From Coprothermobacterota bacterium (GTDB lineage Bacteria; Coprothermobacterota; HKB111), in the NCBI GenBank assembly GCA_037440465.1, contig JBBIUB010000025.1, forward strand, positions 1-12,740: a DNA stretch of 12,740 bases. Reading direction: 5' to 3'. The notes below the pieces were generated by a model. The model ran no database searches and was not told where the DNA came from. It was given only the letters and a program-made list of their open reading frames with translations. The position numbers and the translations under genes were made by a program. Numbering within the stretch: position 1 is the first letter of the stretch; every line of letters begins with the position of its first letter. This document shows, in pieces, positions 1 through 11,154 of the stretch.

Positions 1-5
1 GGGAT

Positions 6-251
6 ATGAGGTATGAGCCTGCCTTAAGGGAGACGGAGCTCGGTCTTAAAAGGTGCGTGAAGGATACAACCCTTAAATACCGCCTTCTTGCTGATAAACT
101 CTCTCTCCTTAGAAGACTGGGGAGAATAGAGGATGGTCTTATAGCGGAAGAAAGGAAATTAAAACTAAAGGATAGATACGAACAAGCAGTAAAAGAGCTC
201 GAGAGAATCCCCCTGGCCAAAGATTTGTCTTATTCATATCCACCTTTATGA
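6..251 (+). CDS. Hypothetical protein, charged and probably helical; possibly the 3' part of a gene starting before the window
   Basis: 81-codon ORF whose frame stays open to the window edge (GAT at 3-5). Its TGA overlaps the next ATG (ATGA 248-251). No family recognised. Confidence 0.6.
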   Translation: MRYEPALRETELGLKRCVKDTTLKYRLLADKLSLLRRLGRIEDGLIAEERKLKLKDRYEQAVKELERIPLAKDLSYSYPPL

Positions 252-793
252 GCCTCATGGAGAGAAGGGAGGAACAGTCCTATCTGACCAGAAAGGACAG
301 GTTAAGAGAAGCCTTTAGACTGTGTCAGCAGAACCTCGAGGTCTTCTCGCAACTTATGGCTAAAAGATGGGAGACCAAGAAATTTGTCTCAGATATGGCC
401 TTTAAGATGCACCCCTTTCTGGAAGGAAGAAGAGAGCTTGCCAGGACTTTCCTGGAAGGCTTGAGCAGGAAGCAAAGGGAGAGGTTTATTGAGGCTTACC
501 TCAATCTGGAGGAAGACCAGCGTAAACTCCTGGACACCTTTGCAAGGAATTATGCAAGATACAATAGACACTGGAGAGTAAGGATACCGCCACCAGAAGG
601 ATTGGAGGTATTTATCAGAACCTTCCATCTTAAGAAAACCCCAACCTCCCTGGCTTTCTTTGCCTTTGACCACCCTTTAGAAAGAAGGAGGTTTTACAAG
701 ATAGCTACTATTTATAACCTTCCCTTCAATAACCTACAACCACCAGGTCATCCATCAGCTCAGGAATGTGAAAGTGTAGTTAGTCAAGCCTGA
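248..793 (+). CDS. Hypothetical protein (181 aa), Arg/Glu/Leu/Phe-rich
   Basis: Longest ORF in this segment, with an ATGA overlap with the upstream ORF. It ends 5 bp from the convergent purD stop. No recognisable motif. Confidence 0.7.
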   Translation: MSLMERREEQSYLTRKDRLREAFRLCQQNLEVFSQLMAKRWETKKFVSDMAFKMHPFLEGRRELARTFLEGLSRKQRERFIEAYLNLEEDQRKLLDTFARNYARYNRHWRVRIPPPEGLEVFIRTFHLKKTPTSLAFFAFDHPLERRRFYKIATIYNLPFNNLQPPGHPSAQECESVVSQA

Positions 794-798
794 CCCCG

Positions 799-2067
799 TT
801 ATTTGAGAGCTCGCCAGCCTATGTCTTTGCGGTAATGAGCTCCTTCAAAAGAGATATATTCCACTGCAGAGTAGGCTTTATCAAGGGTAGATTTAAGAGT
901 CTCACCACAGGCAGTAATGCCCAGAACCCGACCACCAGCAGTAACAAGCCTACCATCTTTTATGGCTGTGCCAGCATGGAATATATAGACATCTTCAATC
1001 TTTTCTGCTAATTCCAGACCATAAATAGGAAAACCCTTTTTATAGTCACCGGGGTATCCACCAGATGTCATAACCACACATGCTACGTGGCTATCATGCC
1101 ATTCAATTTTCTGTTTATAGAGGGTGCCACCCAGAATTGCCTGTATAATCTCAAATAAATCATTCTTGAGCCCAGGCAAAACGACCTGGCACTCTGGGTC
1201 ACCAAATCTCGCATTGAACTCTAAAACCTTTGGTCCTTCTTTAGTAATCATCAAGCCAACATAGAGTACGCCTCTGTATATAATACCTTCGTGACGCAAA
1301 CCAGCCATAGTAGGTTTAAGAATTTTCTTTTCTACCACCCTAAGAAGTTCAGGTGTGAAAACAGGTGCTGGTGAGTAAGCTCCCATACCACCTGTGTTGG
1401 GACCCTCATCATCATCGAAAACCCTCTTGTGGTCCTGGGCTGAAATCATAGGAATTATTGTATTTCCATCTGAAAACACCATTAGAGAGACTTCCTCTCC
1501 TTCAAGACACTCTTCTATGACAACTCTATCGCCAGCAGTTCCAAAGGCCCTTTCTACCATTATGTAGCGTAGGAAACTCTCGGCTTCTTCAACCGTTCTG
1601 GCAACCACTACACCTTTCCCACTAGCCAAGCCATCAGCCTTGACTACGACTGGAGCACTAATTTCTTTTAGATAGGATATTGCGTGATTTAGCTCAGAGA
1701 ATACCTGACCATCTGCTGTGGGTATATGGTATTTTTTCATAATTTCTTTAGCAAAAACTTTACTGTTTTCAAGGCGCGCAGCTGATCTTAAGGGACCAAA
1801 ACAGGAGAGCCCTTTAGATGTAAAAACATCAACTATTCCAGCTGCTAAAGGTGCTTCTGGACCCACTACAGTCAGGTCTATTTTTTTCTCCTGAGTAAAA
1901 GAGAGAAGGTTATTTATATCTTCAGAAGAAATTGGGACATTTTCAGCAAGAGTTGAAGTTCCAGCATTACCGGGAGCACAATAGATTTTCTTTACATATT
2001 GGCTCTGGGCTAATTTCCAGACGATAGTATGCTCTCTACCACCACCTCCAACTATCAGGATTCGCAA
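799..2067 (-). CDS. purD: Phosphoribosylamine-glycine ligase (GAR synthetase)
   Basis: Motifs ILIVGGGGREH, APGNAG, VVGPEAPL, VVKADGLASGKGV, QDHKR..GPNTGGMGAYSP, EFNARFGDPE, GGRVL. TTG start preceded by AAGGAG. Confidence 0.98.
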   Translation of the reverse strand: MRILIVGGGGREHTIVWKLAQSQYVKKIYCAPGNAGTSTLAENVPISSEDINNLLSFTQEKKIDLTVVGPEAPLAAGIVDVFTSKGLSCFGPLRSAARLENSKVFAKEIMKKYHIPTADGQVFSELNHAISYLKEISAPVVVKADGLASGKGVVVARTVEEAESFLRYIMVERAFGTAGDRVVIEECLEGEEVSLMVFSDGNTIIPMISAQDHKRVFDDDEGPNTGGMGAYSPAPVFTPELLRVVEKKILKPTMAGLRHEGIIYRGVLYVGLMITKEGPKVLEFNARFGDPECQVVLPGLKNDLFEIIQAILGGTLYKQKIEWHDSHVACVVMTSGGYPGDYKKGFPIYGLELAEKIEDVYIFHAGTAIKDGRLVTAGGRVLGITACGETLKSTLDKAYSAVEYISFEGAHYRKDIGWRALK

Positions 2068-2087
2068 CTTACAACTCCTTCAGTAAT

Positions 2088-3629
2088 CTAATGTTTAAAA
2101 TACCTTCTCCCTGTCATTACCATAGCTATTCCATATTCATTACAGGCATCTATGGATTCCTGGTCTTTAAGCGAACCACCGGGTTGAACAACAGCTATAA
2201 CCCCAGCTTTAGCTGCTTCATCAATCGTATCTCTAAAGGGAAAGAAAGCGTCAGAAGCCATAACGCTCCCTTTAACTTTTTCTCCTGCCTGTTCAATAGC
2301 TATCCGGGCTGCCCCCACCCTGTTCATCTGTCCTGCTCCTACACCAAGGGTTTGGCCATTATTTACAAGCACGATAGCATTGGATTTAACATGTTTAACT
2401 ACTTTCATAGCAAAGACTAAGTCTTTCAAAGATTCTTCATCAGGTCTAACTCTGGTCAAACAGCTCCAACCTGAGGAGTTTATATTCTCGTTATCTAATT
2501 CTTGAACAAGTAAGCCACCACATACCTTTTTGATATCTAATAACGGTTTCATTCCAGTTATGGGTGCTTCAAGCAATCGGAGATCTTTCTTCTGTTTGAG
2601 TATCTGGAGGGCATCCTCTTCATAACCAGGTGCAATAATAACTTCCAGAAAGATCTGACTCATCTCTTTTGCGGTTTGCTTATCTACCACCCGATTAATA
2701 CTAACGACACCACCAAAAGCAGAAATAGGGTCAGCTTCAAAGGCTCTATGATAAGCCTCATAAATATCTCCTCCAATTGCCACACCACACGGATTAGCAT
2801 GTTTGATAATCACAGCTACGGGCTCTTCAAATTCCTGAACTAACTCCCAAGCTGTATTGAGATCATTCAAGTTGTTAAAGGAAAGCTCTTTACCGTGGAG
2901 TTGTTTAGCATTAACTAAACTACCTTCTTCTGGATTTAATTCCCTATAAAAGGCAGCTCGCTGCTGGGGATTCTCCCCATAGCGAAGGTCCTGCATCTTA
3001 GTAAAAGGTAAAATTAAAGTTTCTGGAAAAATTGGTGCATTTAGAAGTTTCTTATTAAGCCAACCACTTATCATAGCATCGTACTCTGCTGTGTGAGTAA
3101 AAGCTTCCACAGCCAGGGTAAATCGGTTTTCTTCACTAATAGCACCATTTTTTTTCAACTCTTCAAGAACCAGGGGGTAGTTGGAAGGATTTACCACTAC
3201 AGTAACATATTTATAGTTCTTGGCAGCTGCTCGTACCATAGTAGGTCCACCAATGTCAATGTTTTCAATTGCTTCAGATAGAGTAACATCAGGCTTAGCG
3301 ACAGTTTTAGCAAATGGATATAGATTAACAACTATCAAATCAATAAACCCGATACCAAGTTCATCCAGCTGGTCCATATCTTCTTTAACACCACGACGGG
3401 CAAGTATACCCCCATGAACCACCGGATGAAGGGTTTTAACCCGTCCATCTAAGATTTCCGGAAACCCTGTAAGTTCGGACACGCTCTTAACCGGAATACC
3501 AACTTCCGATAATGCCTTTTTGGTACCACCCGTAGAAACAATGGTATAACCAATGTCGGTTAAACCACGAGCAAAATCCACCAAACCTGTTTTGTCTGAA
3601 ACACTAATTAGGGCAATCTTACTTTTCAT
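2088..3629 (-). CDS. purH: Bifunctional AICAR formyltransferase / IMP cyclohydrolase
   Basis: Motifs ALISVSDKTG, STGGT, GRVKTLHP, ENIDIGGPTM.RAAAKN, LRYGENP, KHANPCG, SDAFFPF, QPGGS, and C-terminal RYFKH. Start moved from 3674 to ATG 3629 (or TTG 3632) behind AAGGAAGGAG. Confidence 0.97.
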   Translation of the reverse strand: MKSKIALISVSDKTGLVDFARGLTDIGYTIVSTGGTKKALSEVGIPVKSVSELTGFPEILDGRVKTLHPVVHGGILARRGVKEDMDQLDELGIGFIDLIVVNLYPFAKTVAKPDVTLSEAIENIDIGGPTMVRAAAKNYKYVTVVVNPSNYPLVLEELKKNGAISEENRFTLAVEAFTHTAEYDAMISGWLNKKLLNAPIFPETLILPFTKMQDLRYGENPQQRAAFYRELNPEEGSLVNAKQLHGKELSFNNLNDLNTAWELVQEFEEPVAVIIKHANPCGVAIGGDIYEAYHRAFEADPISAFGGVVSINRVVDKQTAKEMSQIFLEVIIAPGYEEDALQILKQKKDLRLLEAPITGMKPLLDIKKVCGGLLVQELDNENINSSGWSCLTRVRPDEESLKDLVFAMKVVKHVKSNAIVLVNNGQTLGVGAGQMNRVGAARIAIEQAGEKVKGSVMASDAFFPFRDTIDEAAKAGVIAVVQPGGSLKDQESIDACNEYGIAMVMTGRRYFKH

Positions 3630-4230
3630 CAATGAAACATCTCCTTCCTTCAATTCTAATTTTTCCTTGTACAAATAGATTTATCGCCTGAGGGTAGAGT
3701 TTGTGTTCAACTCTTTGAATACGGTTATGTAATGTCTCCACTGTATCTTCATCATAGACCGGGACATATCCCTGAAGGATGATTGGACCTGTGTCTAACC
3801 CTTCATCAACAAAATGAACAGTGCAACCCGATATCTTTACACCGTAAGCTAAAGCATCTTCAACACCGTGAGTTCCGGGAAAAGAAGGTAATAAAGCAGG
3901 ATGGATGTTAAGAATGCGGTTTCTATAGGCTTTTACAAAGTAAGAGGTTAAAATACGCATAAACCCTGCAAGTACTACTAGGTCAATTTCCTGCTCTTGA
4001 AGATAATCCACAATTTTTCTGTCGTACTCTTCGCGAGATGGATAGCGTGAAGCACTCATAAAAATAGCAGGTATTCCTCTTATCCTGGCCCGCTCCAGGA
4101 CATAAGCATCCTTCCTATCGCTGATAACCAGAGTCACTGTTGCACCTTTTATTTCGCCCCTATCAATAGCTTCCAGAATAGCTTGAAGATTCGTGCCTTT
4201 ACCAGAGGCGAGAACAGCTATTTTTTTCAA
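3619..4230 (-). CDS. purN: Phosphoribosylglycinamide formyltransferase (folate-dependent)
   Basis: Motifs IAVLASGKGTNLQA, LAGFMRIL, NIHPALLPSFPG, GCTVHFVDEGLDTGPII. TTG start with AGGAGG SD. Confidence 0.98.
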   Translation of the reverse strand: MKKIAVLASGKGTNLQAILEAIDRGEIKGATVTLVISDRKDAYVLERARIRGIPAIFMSASRYPSREEYDRKIVDYLQEQEIDLVVLAGFMRILTSYFVKAYRNRILNIHPALLPSFPGTHGVEDALAYGVKISGCTVHFVDEGLDTGPIILQGYVPVYDEDTVETLHNRIQRVEHKLYPQAINLFVQGKIRIEGRRCFIDEK

Positions 4231-4231
4231 T

Positions 4232-5275
4232 CTAACCTCCTATTTTTTTTATACTTACAACCACACCCTCGCCTGAAACAACCTCTCCTATCTGACAAGG
4301 GGTAGTCCTATAGATCTTTAGAGTCTCCACAGCTTCATCCACATCTTCTGGAGGAAGAATCAACACAAACCCTATCCCCATGTTAAAGACCCTAAACATC
4401 TCATCATCCGGCACATTACCCAAATCCTGTAATAGTTTGAATATGGGTGGAACCTGCCAAGAGGAAGAATTGATAACCACTCCTGTTCCTGGAGATAAAG
4501 AGCGGGGAATGTTCTCCAGAAGACCCCCACCTGTAATGTGTGTCATCCCATGCACTTTTACATTTAAGAGAATGTCCAAAATCTGACGGGCATAAATGAA
4601 GGTTGGTGTTAATAGTTCTTCGCCCAGTGTCCTTCCTAACTCTGGGATGATTTTATCCACTGTCCAACCACAATTATCAAAGAAGATTTTACGGGCTAAA
4701 GAATAACCATTACTGTGAAGACCTGAAGAGGGCAATCCAATTAAAACATCACCAACTCGTACTTTACTTCCATCTATAATTTGACTTCGTTCAACAACTC
4801 CCACAGCAAAGCCAGCCAGATCATATTCTCCGGAAGCATAAAAACCAGGCATCTCAGCAGTCTCACCCCCAATAAGTGAGCAACCTGCCAACTGACAACC
4901 TTCCGCTATTCCCTTAACTATTTCAGATACTCTTTGAGGTTCCAGCTTACCAGTAGCTATATAATCAAGAAAAAAAAGGGGTTCAGCTCCATGGACGAGA
5001 ATATCATTAACGCACATAGCCACAAGATCTTGACCAACCGTGTCGTGTTTGTTCATCATAAAAGCCACTTTAAGCTTAGTTCCCACACCATCAGTCCCCG
5101 AAACAAGCACCGGTTCTTTATATTTTTTTGTATTTAAGGCAAAGAACCCACCAAAACCACCAATATCGGAAAGAACCTCGGGTCTAAAAGTGGAACGAAG
5201 ATGTTCTCCTATTTTACGAACCACTTCATTTCCAGCGTTAATATCCACTCCTGAGTCTTTATATTTCTGAGTCAA
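4232..5275 (-). CDS. purM: Phosphoribosylformylglycinamidine cyclo-ligase (AIR synthetase)
   Basis: Motifs [63 protein letters not shown]. The likely start is TTG 5275 (AGGA 9 nt upstream) rather than 5332; the start position is less certain than the gene call. Confidence 0.96.
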   Translation of the reverse strand: MTQKYKDSGVDINAGNEVVRKIGEHLRSTFRPEVLSDIGGFGGFFALNTKKYKEPVLVSGTDGVGTKLKVAFMMNKHDTVGQDLVAMCVNDILVHGAEPLFFLDYIATGKLEPQRVSEIVKGIAEGCQLAGCSLIGGETAEMPGFYASGEYDLAGFAVGVVERSQIIDGSKVRVGDVLIGLPSSGLHSNGYSLARKIFFDNCGWTVDKIIPELGRTLGEELLTPTFIYARQILDILLNVKVHGMTHITGGGLLENIPRSLSPGTGVVINSSSWQVPPIFKLLQDLGNVPDDEMFRVFNMGIGFVLILPPEDVDEAVETLKIYRTTPCQIGEVVSGEGVVVSIKKIGG

Positions 5276-6719
5276 TAATACTTTTCCTGGCTTCTCCCTT
5301 TTTTTCAAAGAGAGTTTTATAGAATTGTCCATCCAACTTAATTGGGTAATGACCGGTAAAACAAGCAGTACAAAACATTTCTTCTGGAAGACCTATGGAT
5401 TTCAACATCCCTGCAACGCTTAGATATCCAAGGTAATCTACCCCAAGGATTTGAGCTATCTCAGATACATTTCTCTGGGTTCCAATTAATTCTTCGGGAG
5501 AAGAAAAATCAATTCCATAAAAACAGGGAGATTTTATGGGAGGAGATGATACCAGAAGATAAACTTCTCTGGCTCCTGCGTGTCGTAACATTTCCACTAT
5601 CTTGGTGGAAGTAGTCCCTCTTACAATGGAGTCTTCCACTACCACAACCCTTTTACCCTCAACGATTCGACGAGCAGGGTTTAATTTCAATTTCACTCCA
5701 AGAGACCGCACTTCCTGAGTTGGTTCTATGAAGGTTCTCCCTATATATCTGTTTTTTATAAAACCCATTTCATAGGGTAAGCTAAGTTGCTCTGATACAC
5801 CTGTTGCTGCAGATAAAGATGAGTCAGGCACTCCCGTTACTATATCAGCCTGTATATTATGCTCCTCTGCCAGACACCTACCAAGATCTTTACGGGCAAG
5901 GTGAACATTGCGATTATTAATATTACTATCAGGGCGAGCAAAATAAATAAATTCAAAGATACAAAATGCTCCCCTATCGGTTGTAATAATCTTATCACTT
6001 CTAATCCCAAACGAATCTATAACTATCATTTCAGCAGGTTCCACATCTCTTATATATTCAGCGCCAATGGTGTCCAAGGCACAGGTCTCAGAGGCTATGA
6101 CATAACCTCCATCAATCTTACCAAGACAAAGAGGACGAACTCCATATGGGTCACGGAGGGCAATTAATTTATCTTTGGTCATTAAAACAAAGGAATAGGC
6201 ACCATTTAATTTCTGGGCAGATTCTTTAACTGCATCTTCCACATTAATTTCGCTTGAACGAGCAATCAGATGAGCGATAATCTCACTATCTGTGGTTGTC
6301 TGAAATATTGAACCTTCTTCCTCAAGGTAATAACGGAGCTTACCGCCATTAACCAGTTGACCATTATGAGCTACGGCTAAATAACCATTACGATAACGAA
6401 AAACAAGGGGTTGAGCATTCAGGAGAATGTTAGAACCCATGGTGGAGTAACGCACATGACCAGTGGCTATATGACCTTTCAGTTTATTTAGTTTTGAATC
6501 ATCATGAAAGACATCAGAAACCAGACCCATACCCTTCTCTACATGCACTTCCCAACCATTAGATACAGCAATCCCAGCACTTTCTTGTCCTCTGTGTTGA
6601 AGGGCATACAAACCATAATAAGCCAGCCGAGCTACATCTATTCCAGGAGCAAAAATACCAAGAACTCCGCAGGCATCTTTTATGCAGTCGTCATCAGGAT
6701 TGATTACTTCATATAACAT
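5259..6719 (-). CDS. purF: Amidophosphoribosyltransferase, Bacillus-type (propeptide, 4Fe-4S)
   Basis: 16-aa propeptide followed by the catalytic CGVLGIF. Motifs [25 protein letters not shown] loop [10 protein letters not shown]. Candidate Fe-S Cys in FCIFE, PCFYG and CTAC. ATG with GGGAGG SD. Confidence 0.98.
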   Translation of the reverse strand: MLYEVINPDDDCIKDACGVLGIFAPGIDVARLAYYGLYALQHRGQESAGIAVSNGWEVHVEKGMGLVSDVFHDDSKLNKLKGHIATGHVRYSTMGSNILLNAQPLVFRYRNGYLAVAHNGQLVNGGKLRYYLEEEGSIFQTTTDSEIIAHLIARSSEINVEDAVKESAQKLNGAYSFVLMTKDKLIALRDPYGVRPLCLGKIDGGYVIASETCALDTIGAEYIRDVEPAEMIVIDSFGIRSDKIITTDRGAFCIFEFIYFARPDSNINNRNVHLARKDLGRCLAEEHNIQADIVTGVPDSSLSAATGVSEQLSLPYEMGFIKNRYIGRTFIEPTQEVRSLGVKLKLNPARRIVEGKRVVVVEDSIVRGTTSTKIVEMLRHAGAREVYLLVSSPPIKSPCFYGIDFSSPEELIGTQRNVSEIAQILGVDYLGYLSVAGMLKSIGLPEEMFCTACFTGHYPIKLDGQFYKTLFEKKGEARKSIIDSEI

Positions 6720-8905
6720 TCAATTGCCTCCCGCCAATTTTTACTTATCTCATCTATAGAGATATTAATCTTCTCTTCTCCATCTACATTAACGATAAGT
6801 TTATCTCCACCAACCCAACCTATCAGCTTGAAAGGTACTCCACTTGATAAAGCCATTTCCATTACAGCATGAATATTATCAGGATGAATGCTTAAGAGAG
6901 TTCTGGATTGACTTTCCCCGAAAAGTAAAGCATCCATTCTAAGGCCTTCAGATTCAAGTCTAACCTTCGCACCGATATTTCCGCAAATACAACATTCTGA
7001 TAAAGCTACAATCAAACCACCTTCTGATATGTCATGAGCTGAGCTTACCAGTCCCTGCTGTATAATAGCCAGCACCACTTTAAGTAAAGTTTTCTCTTTA
7101 ATTAAATCCAATTTCGGTGGTTTCCCTTTAACCAGAGAATGTATAACTGAGAGATATTCACTTCCACCTAATTCTTCATAAGTATCCCCAAGTAAAACAA
7201 TGAGTTCACCAGCTTTTTTGAAATCCTGTGTACAACAAAGTGATACATCCTCCAGTAAACCCACCATTCCAATTGTGGGTGTGGGATATATTGCTTCACC
7301 ATTAACTTCGTTATAAAAAGAGACATTTCCGCTGACCACAGGTATGCCAAAAAACTCGCAGGATTCGCTTATACCTTCTACAGCTTTACGGAACTGCCAG
7401 AAGATACCAGGTTTCTCCGGACTCCCAAAATTAAGACAATCTGTTACAGCCAGAGGTTTCGCTCCACTGCATACCAGGTTACGAGCAGCCTCTACTATAG
7501 CAATCTTGGCTCCTTCTTGTGGGTCAAGATAGACATAACGCGAATTACAATCTGTGGTTAATGCTAAACCTTTCTGTGAGCCACGGATACGGATTACTGC
7601 TGCATCTGACCCCGGCAATATCACGGTACAGGTACGAACCATGTGGTCATACTGTCTGTAAACCCACTCTTTGCTGGCAATGCTTGGATGAGAGAGAAGT
7701 TTTAAAAGAGTACTATTGGCATCGTCAACATCAGGAATCTCCGATATATTAAATTCCCCAACAGCTTTAATGTAGTCAGGCTCGCTACAAACTGGATTAT
7801 AAGCTGGTGCACCATCAGCCAAACTGTGAGCAGGTACCTCAGCTGTAATCTTACCTCCCTTATAAACCCTCAAAATCCCATCATCGGTAACATGACCAAT
7901 GGTAGTTGAAGTAAGCCCCCACCGTTTAAAAACTTCATGAACCTTACTTTCTTTTTCAGGGGAGACAATCAAAAGCATACGCTCCTGAGATTCAGATATC
8001 ATAATCTCGTAGGCTTCCATACCTTCTTCTCGGAGAGGAACATCGTCCAGGTTTATCTCCATACCCGTTCCAGCCCGACTGGCTGTCTCACAGGTGGCAC
8101 AGGTTAATCCAGCACCACCCAGATCTTGAATACCTACAACATCTCCATTTTCAATGAGTTCCAGGCAGGCTTCCAGGAGGAGTTTTCCCATAAAAGGGTC
8201 GCCCACCTGTACAGAAGGTCTCTTTTCTTTGGAAGCTTCACTTAACTCTTCAGAGGCAAAGGTCACACCATGAATTCCGTCTCTACCCGTGTGAGCACCA
8301 ACCAGCACCACCAGATTTCCAGAACCCGTAGCATGCCCAAGCTTGATTTTTTCTTTCTCAATAATCCCTACACACATAGCATTAACCAGAGGATTCCCCC
8401 CATAACAGGATTCAAAATATACCTCTCCACCAACTGTGGGGATACCGATACAGTTTCCATACCCGCTTATACCAGCTACCACTCCGTTGAATAAGTAGCG
8501 GTTTTTAGTTTCTTCCAATGAACCAAAACGAAGAGAATTCAGGAGTGCTACTGGGCGAGCACCCATTGTAAAGATATCACGAATGATACCTCCAACACCT
8601 GTGGCTGCTCCTTGATAGGGTTCTATGGCAGAAGGATGGTTATGGGATTCCATCTTAAAACAGACACCCAATCCATCTCCTATATCAATAATACCTGCAT
8701 TTTCGCCCGGTCCCTGAAGCACCCTATCTCCTTTAGTTGGGAGAAGACGCAGTGTTTCTTTAGAATGTTTATAGGAACAATGTTCAGACCACATAACACT
8801 GTACATGCTCAATTCAACATAATTAGGTTCACGACCGAGGACATCTACAATCATCTGATATTCTTCGTCCTTAAGACCCAGCTCTCGCCAAATTTCAGGT
8901 TTCAT
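6704..8905 (-). CDS. purL: FGAM synthase subunit PurL (small type)
   Basis: 733 aa. Motifs [75 protein letters not shown]. Confidence 0.98.
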   Translation of the reverse strand: MKPEIWRELGLKDEEYQMIVDVLGREPNYVELSMYSVMWSEHCSYKHSKETLRLLPTKGDRVLQGPGENAGIIDIGDGLGVCFKMESHNHPSAIEPYQGAATGVGGIIRDIFTMGARPVALLNSLRFGSLEETKNRYLFNGVVAGISGYGNCIGIPTVGGEVYFESCYGGNPLVNAMCVGIIEKEKIKLGHATGSGNLVVLVGAHTGRDGIHGVTFASEELSEASKEKRPSVQVGDPFMGKLLLEACLELIENGDVVGIQDLGGAGLTCATCETASRAGTGMEINLDDVPLREEGMEAYEIMISESQERMLLIVSPEKESKVHEVFKRWGLTSTTIGHVTDDGILRVYKGGKITAEVPAHSLADGAPAYNPVCSEPDYIKAVGEFNISEIPDVDDANSTLLKLLSHPSIASKEWVYRQYDHMVRTCTVILPGSDAAVIRIRGSQKGLALTTDCNSRYVYLDPQEGAKIAIVEAARNLVCSGAKPLAVTDCLNFGSPEKPGIFWQFRKAVEGISESCEFFGIPVVSGNVSFYNEVNGEAIYPTPTIGMVGLLEDVSLCCTQDFKKAGELIVLLGDTYEELGGSEYLSVIHSLVKGKPPKLDLIKEKTLLKVVLAIIQQGLVSSAHDISEGGLIVALSECCICGNIGAKVRLESEGLRMDALLFGESQSRTLLSIHPDNIHAVMEMALSSGVPFKLIGWVGGDKLIVNVDGEEKINISIDEISKNWREAIECYMK

Positions 8906-8909
8906 ATTC

Positions 8910-9602
8910 CTACTCTCCCAAGTTATTGATTATAGACTGAAAAACAGACAATCCATCAATTGAACCAAGAACAGTTTCACCAGCTCTTTCAGGATGTGGC
9001 ATCATTCCAAGGACATTGCCTTTTTTATTACATATTCCCGCAATGTTATCCAGGGAACCATTGGGGTTTGCATCTATTGTTATATCTCCAGTTGGCGTGG
9101 TATACCTGAAAACTATCTGATTATTTTTTTTCATCTCTTTAAGGGTCTTTTCATCTGCAAAATAATTACCATCACCATGTGCTATGGGAATCTTCAAAAT
9201 CTTTTTGGGTTTTATAGCATTAGTAAAAGGAGTATTATTATTCTCTGTACTTATATAGGTAAACTGACAACGGAACTGCAAGCTAACATTACGACGAAGG
9301 GTCCCTGGCAAAAGACCTGCTTCTATTAGAATCTGGAAACCATTACAGATACCAATAACCAGACCACCGGATTGTGCAAATTCAACTATTGACTCCATTA
9401 ACGGAGAGAAACGGGCTATGGCACCACAGCGAAGGTAATCACCGTATGAAAAACCACCAGGTAAAATGATACAATCAAAACCTTTCACACTTTCTGCTTG
9501 ATGCCAGATGTATTCCACTTCTCTACTAAGAACATCTTTCAAAAGATGATAAGCGTCTAAGTCACAGTTAGAACCCGGAAATACCACCACTCCGAACTTC
9601 AT
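8910..9602 (-). CDS. purQ: FGAM synthase glutaminase subunit PurQ
   Basis: Motifs [29 protein letters not shown] (catalytic Cys), GMMPHPER (His/Glu of the triad). Confidence 0.98.
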   Translation of the reverse strand: MKFGVVVFPGSNCDLDAYHLLKDVLSREVEYIWHQAESVKGFDCIILPGGFSYGDYLRCGAIARFSPLMESIVEFAQSGGLVIGICNGFQILIEAGLLPGTLRRNVSLQFRCQFTYISTENNNTPFTNAIKPKKILKIPIAHGDGNYFADEKTLKEMKKNNQIVFRYTTPTGDITIDANPNGSLDNIAGICNKKGNVLGMMPHPERAGETVLGSIDGLSVFQSIINNLGE

Positions 9603-9856
9603 ACAGGAATCTCTTTTACTGAAAAGCTATATTCCTCAATAACCAAGTTAGAGAGAAGTTTATCGCACATTTCTTTTACCTTATTCTCAACCAGGATCTT
9701 TTCTCCACCATCTATGAGGACTACCAGATATTTACCTATTCGTACATCATGAACGCCATCATAACCGAGGGTTTTTAATGCCCCCTTCACAGCCTCACCC
9801 TGAGGATCAAGAACTCCTTTTTTTGGCATAATCTTAATCTCTGCCCTGTACTTCAT
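9599..9856 (-). CDS. purS: FGAM synthase subunit PurS
   Basis: 85 aa. Motifs [31 protein letters not shown]. Lies between purC and purQ with ATGA overlaps on both sides. Confidence 0.96.
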   Translation of the reverse strand: MKYRAEIKIMPKKGVLDPQGEAVKGALKTLGYDGVHDVRIGKYLVVLIDGGEKILVENKVKEMCDKLLSNLVIEEYSFSVKEIPV

Positions 9857-10566
9857 GGTGTACCTCCTGTTATTCTTTTTAATATCTCTTCGTAGGCTTC
9901 AGTCACCTTCCCCAGGTCTCTTCGAAAACGGTCTTTATCAAGCTTTTCTTTTGTTTCAAGGTCCCAAAGTCGGCAAGTATCTGGTGATATTTCATCTCCA
10001 AGAAGTATTACTCCCTTATGTGAACCAAATTCCAATTTAAAGTCTACAAGTAGTATGTTTTTCTTTCTAAGGTAATTTGACAGAACAGTGTTTGTTTTGA
10101 TGGCTTCATCTGTTATTCTTACCATTTCTTCTGATGTTGCCAGACCCATCGCACGGATATGGTACTCATTAATCATAGGGTCGTGTAACTCATCATTTTT
10201 ATAATAAAACTCCAGGACAGGAGAAGAAAGCTGAATCCCTTCCTCCAATCCAAGTCGTTTGGATAGACTACCGGCTACGATATTACGCATTACCACTTCA
10301 ACCTTAAAGATGTTTAATTTTTTAACCAGCATATCTCTTTCTGAAAGCTGTCTTACAAAGTGGGTGGGAATATTTTCTTCTTCAATAACAGTGAAAAGAA
10401 GTGATGATATCTTATTATTAAGAACTCCTTTATTAACAATTACACCTTTCTTCAAACCATCAAAAGCAGTGGCTTCATCTTTGAACTCCACAATTAGAAA
10501 GTCGGGATGCTCTGTATCATATACTTTCTTGGCTTTACCTTCATAAAGTAAGTTTCTCTTCTCCAT
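9853..10566 (-). CDS. purC: SAICAR synthetase
   Basis: Motifs [57 protein letters not shown]. Confidence 0.98.
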   Translation of the reverse strand: MEKRNLLYEGKAKKVYDTEHPDFLIVEFKDEATAFDGLKKGVIVNKGVLNNKISSLLFTVIEEENIPTHFVRQLSERDMLVKKLNIFKVEVVMRNIVAGSLSKRLGLEEGIQLSSPVLEFYYKNDELHDPMINEYHIRAMGLATSEEMVRITDEAIKTNTVLSNYLRKKNILLVDFKLEFGSHKGVILLGDEISPDTCRLWDLETKEKLDKDRFRRDLGKVTEAYEEILKRITGGTP

Positions 10567-10605
10567 TTCCCTCTTCCCCTTTTAAACCTGAACTCTTTTG
10601 ATCTA

Positions 10606-11154
10606 TCATTTACTATTTTCTTCCTTTAAAACAGGCTTACAACTCAGATAATTTCTATAACCCTCTTCTTCAAGTATTTTTGCTTTTTCTTCCACAGCTA
10701 TTCGCAAAGTTTCTTTATAATTAACAATCTTTTCTCTTAATTTATGGTCTTTTAAGCCCAGAATCTCAACAGCCAGTATTCCAGCATTATGTGCTCCATT
10801 AATGGTTACTGTAGCTACTGGAACTCCCCGTGGCATCTGAACAATGGAGTATAAAGAATCCAAACCTCCAAAGGCTTCTGTTTTAATAGGCACACCAATG
10901 ACAGGTAATTCACTTATTGAAGCCACCATACCCGGTAGATGAGCTGCCCCACCAGCTCCAGCAATAATCACCTCCAACCCGCGAGATGATGACTCCTTGG
11001 CATAACGAAAAAGTCTTTCCGGTGTCCTGTGGGCAGAAACAATAGTCAACTCGTAGGAAACACCAAACTCTTCAAGGACTTTAGCAGCACCCTTCATAAC
11101 TGAAAGGTCAGAATCACTACCCATGATAATTCCAACCTGTGGTGATTTAGTCAA
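10606..11154 (-). CDS. purE: N5-CAIR mutase (class I PurE)
   Basis: Motifs [51 protein letters not shown]. Start moved from 11199 to TTG 11154, which has AAAGGAG 6 nt upstream and overlaps the purK stop by 8 nt. Confidence 0.97.
   Translation of the reverse strand: MTKSPQVGIIMGSDSDLSVMKGAAKVLEEFGVSYELTIVSAHRTPERLFRYAKESSSRGLEVIIAGAGGAAHLPGMVASISELPVIGVPIKTEAFGGLDSLYSIVQMPRGVPVATVTINGAHNAGILAVEILGLKDHKLREKIVNYKETLRIAVEEKAKILEEEGYRNYLSCKPVLKEENSK

Noticed and set aside
389..673. 94-aa minus-strand ORF
   Set aside because: Lies wholly antisense within the longer 248-793 ORF and has no motif. Probably a shadow ORF.
2961..5636. Single-residue motif deviations: PurH RYGENPQQ (usually PHQ) and PurF VEDSIVRG (usually DDS)
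   Set aside because: Conservative changes in intact full-length genes. ED is common in type I PRTase PRPP loops. No evidence of altered function.
9599..10608. TGA stops of purE, purC and purS as possible selenocysteine codons
   Set aside because: The proteins are already full length, the purE TGA is followed directly by TAG, and the other two are ATGA coupling overlaps. No in-frame UGA interrupts any pur gene.
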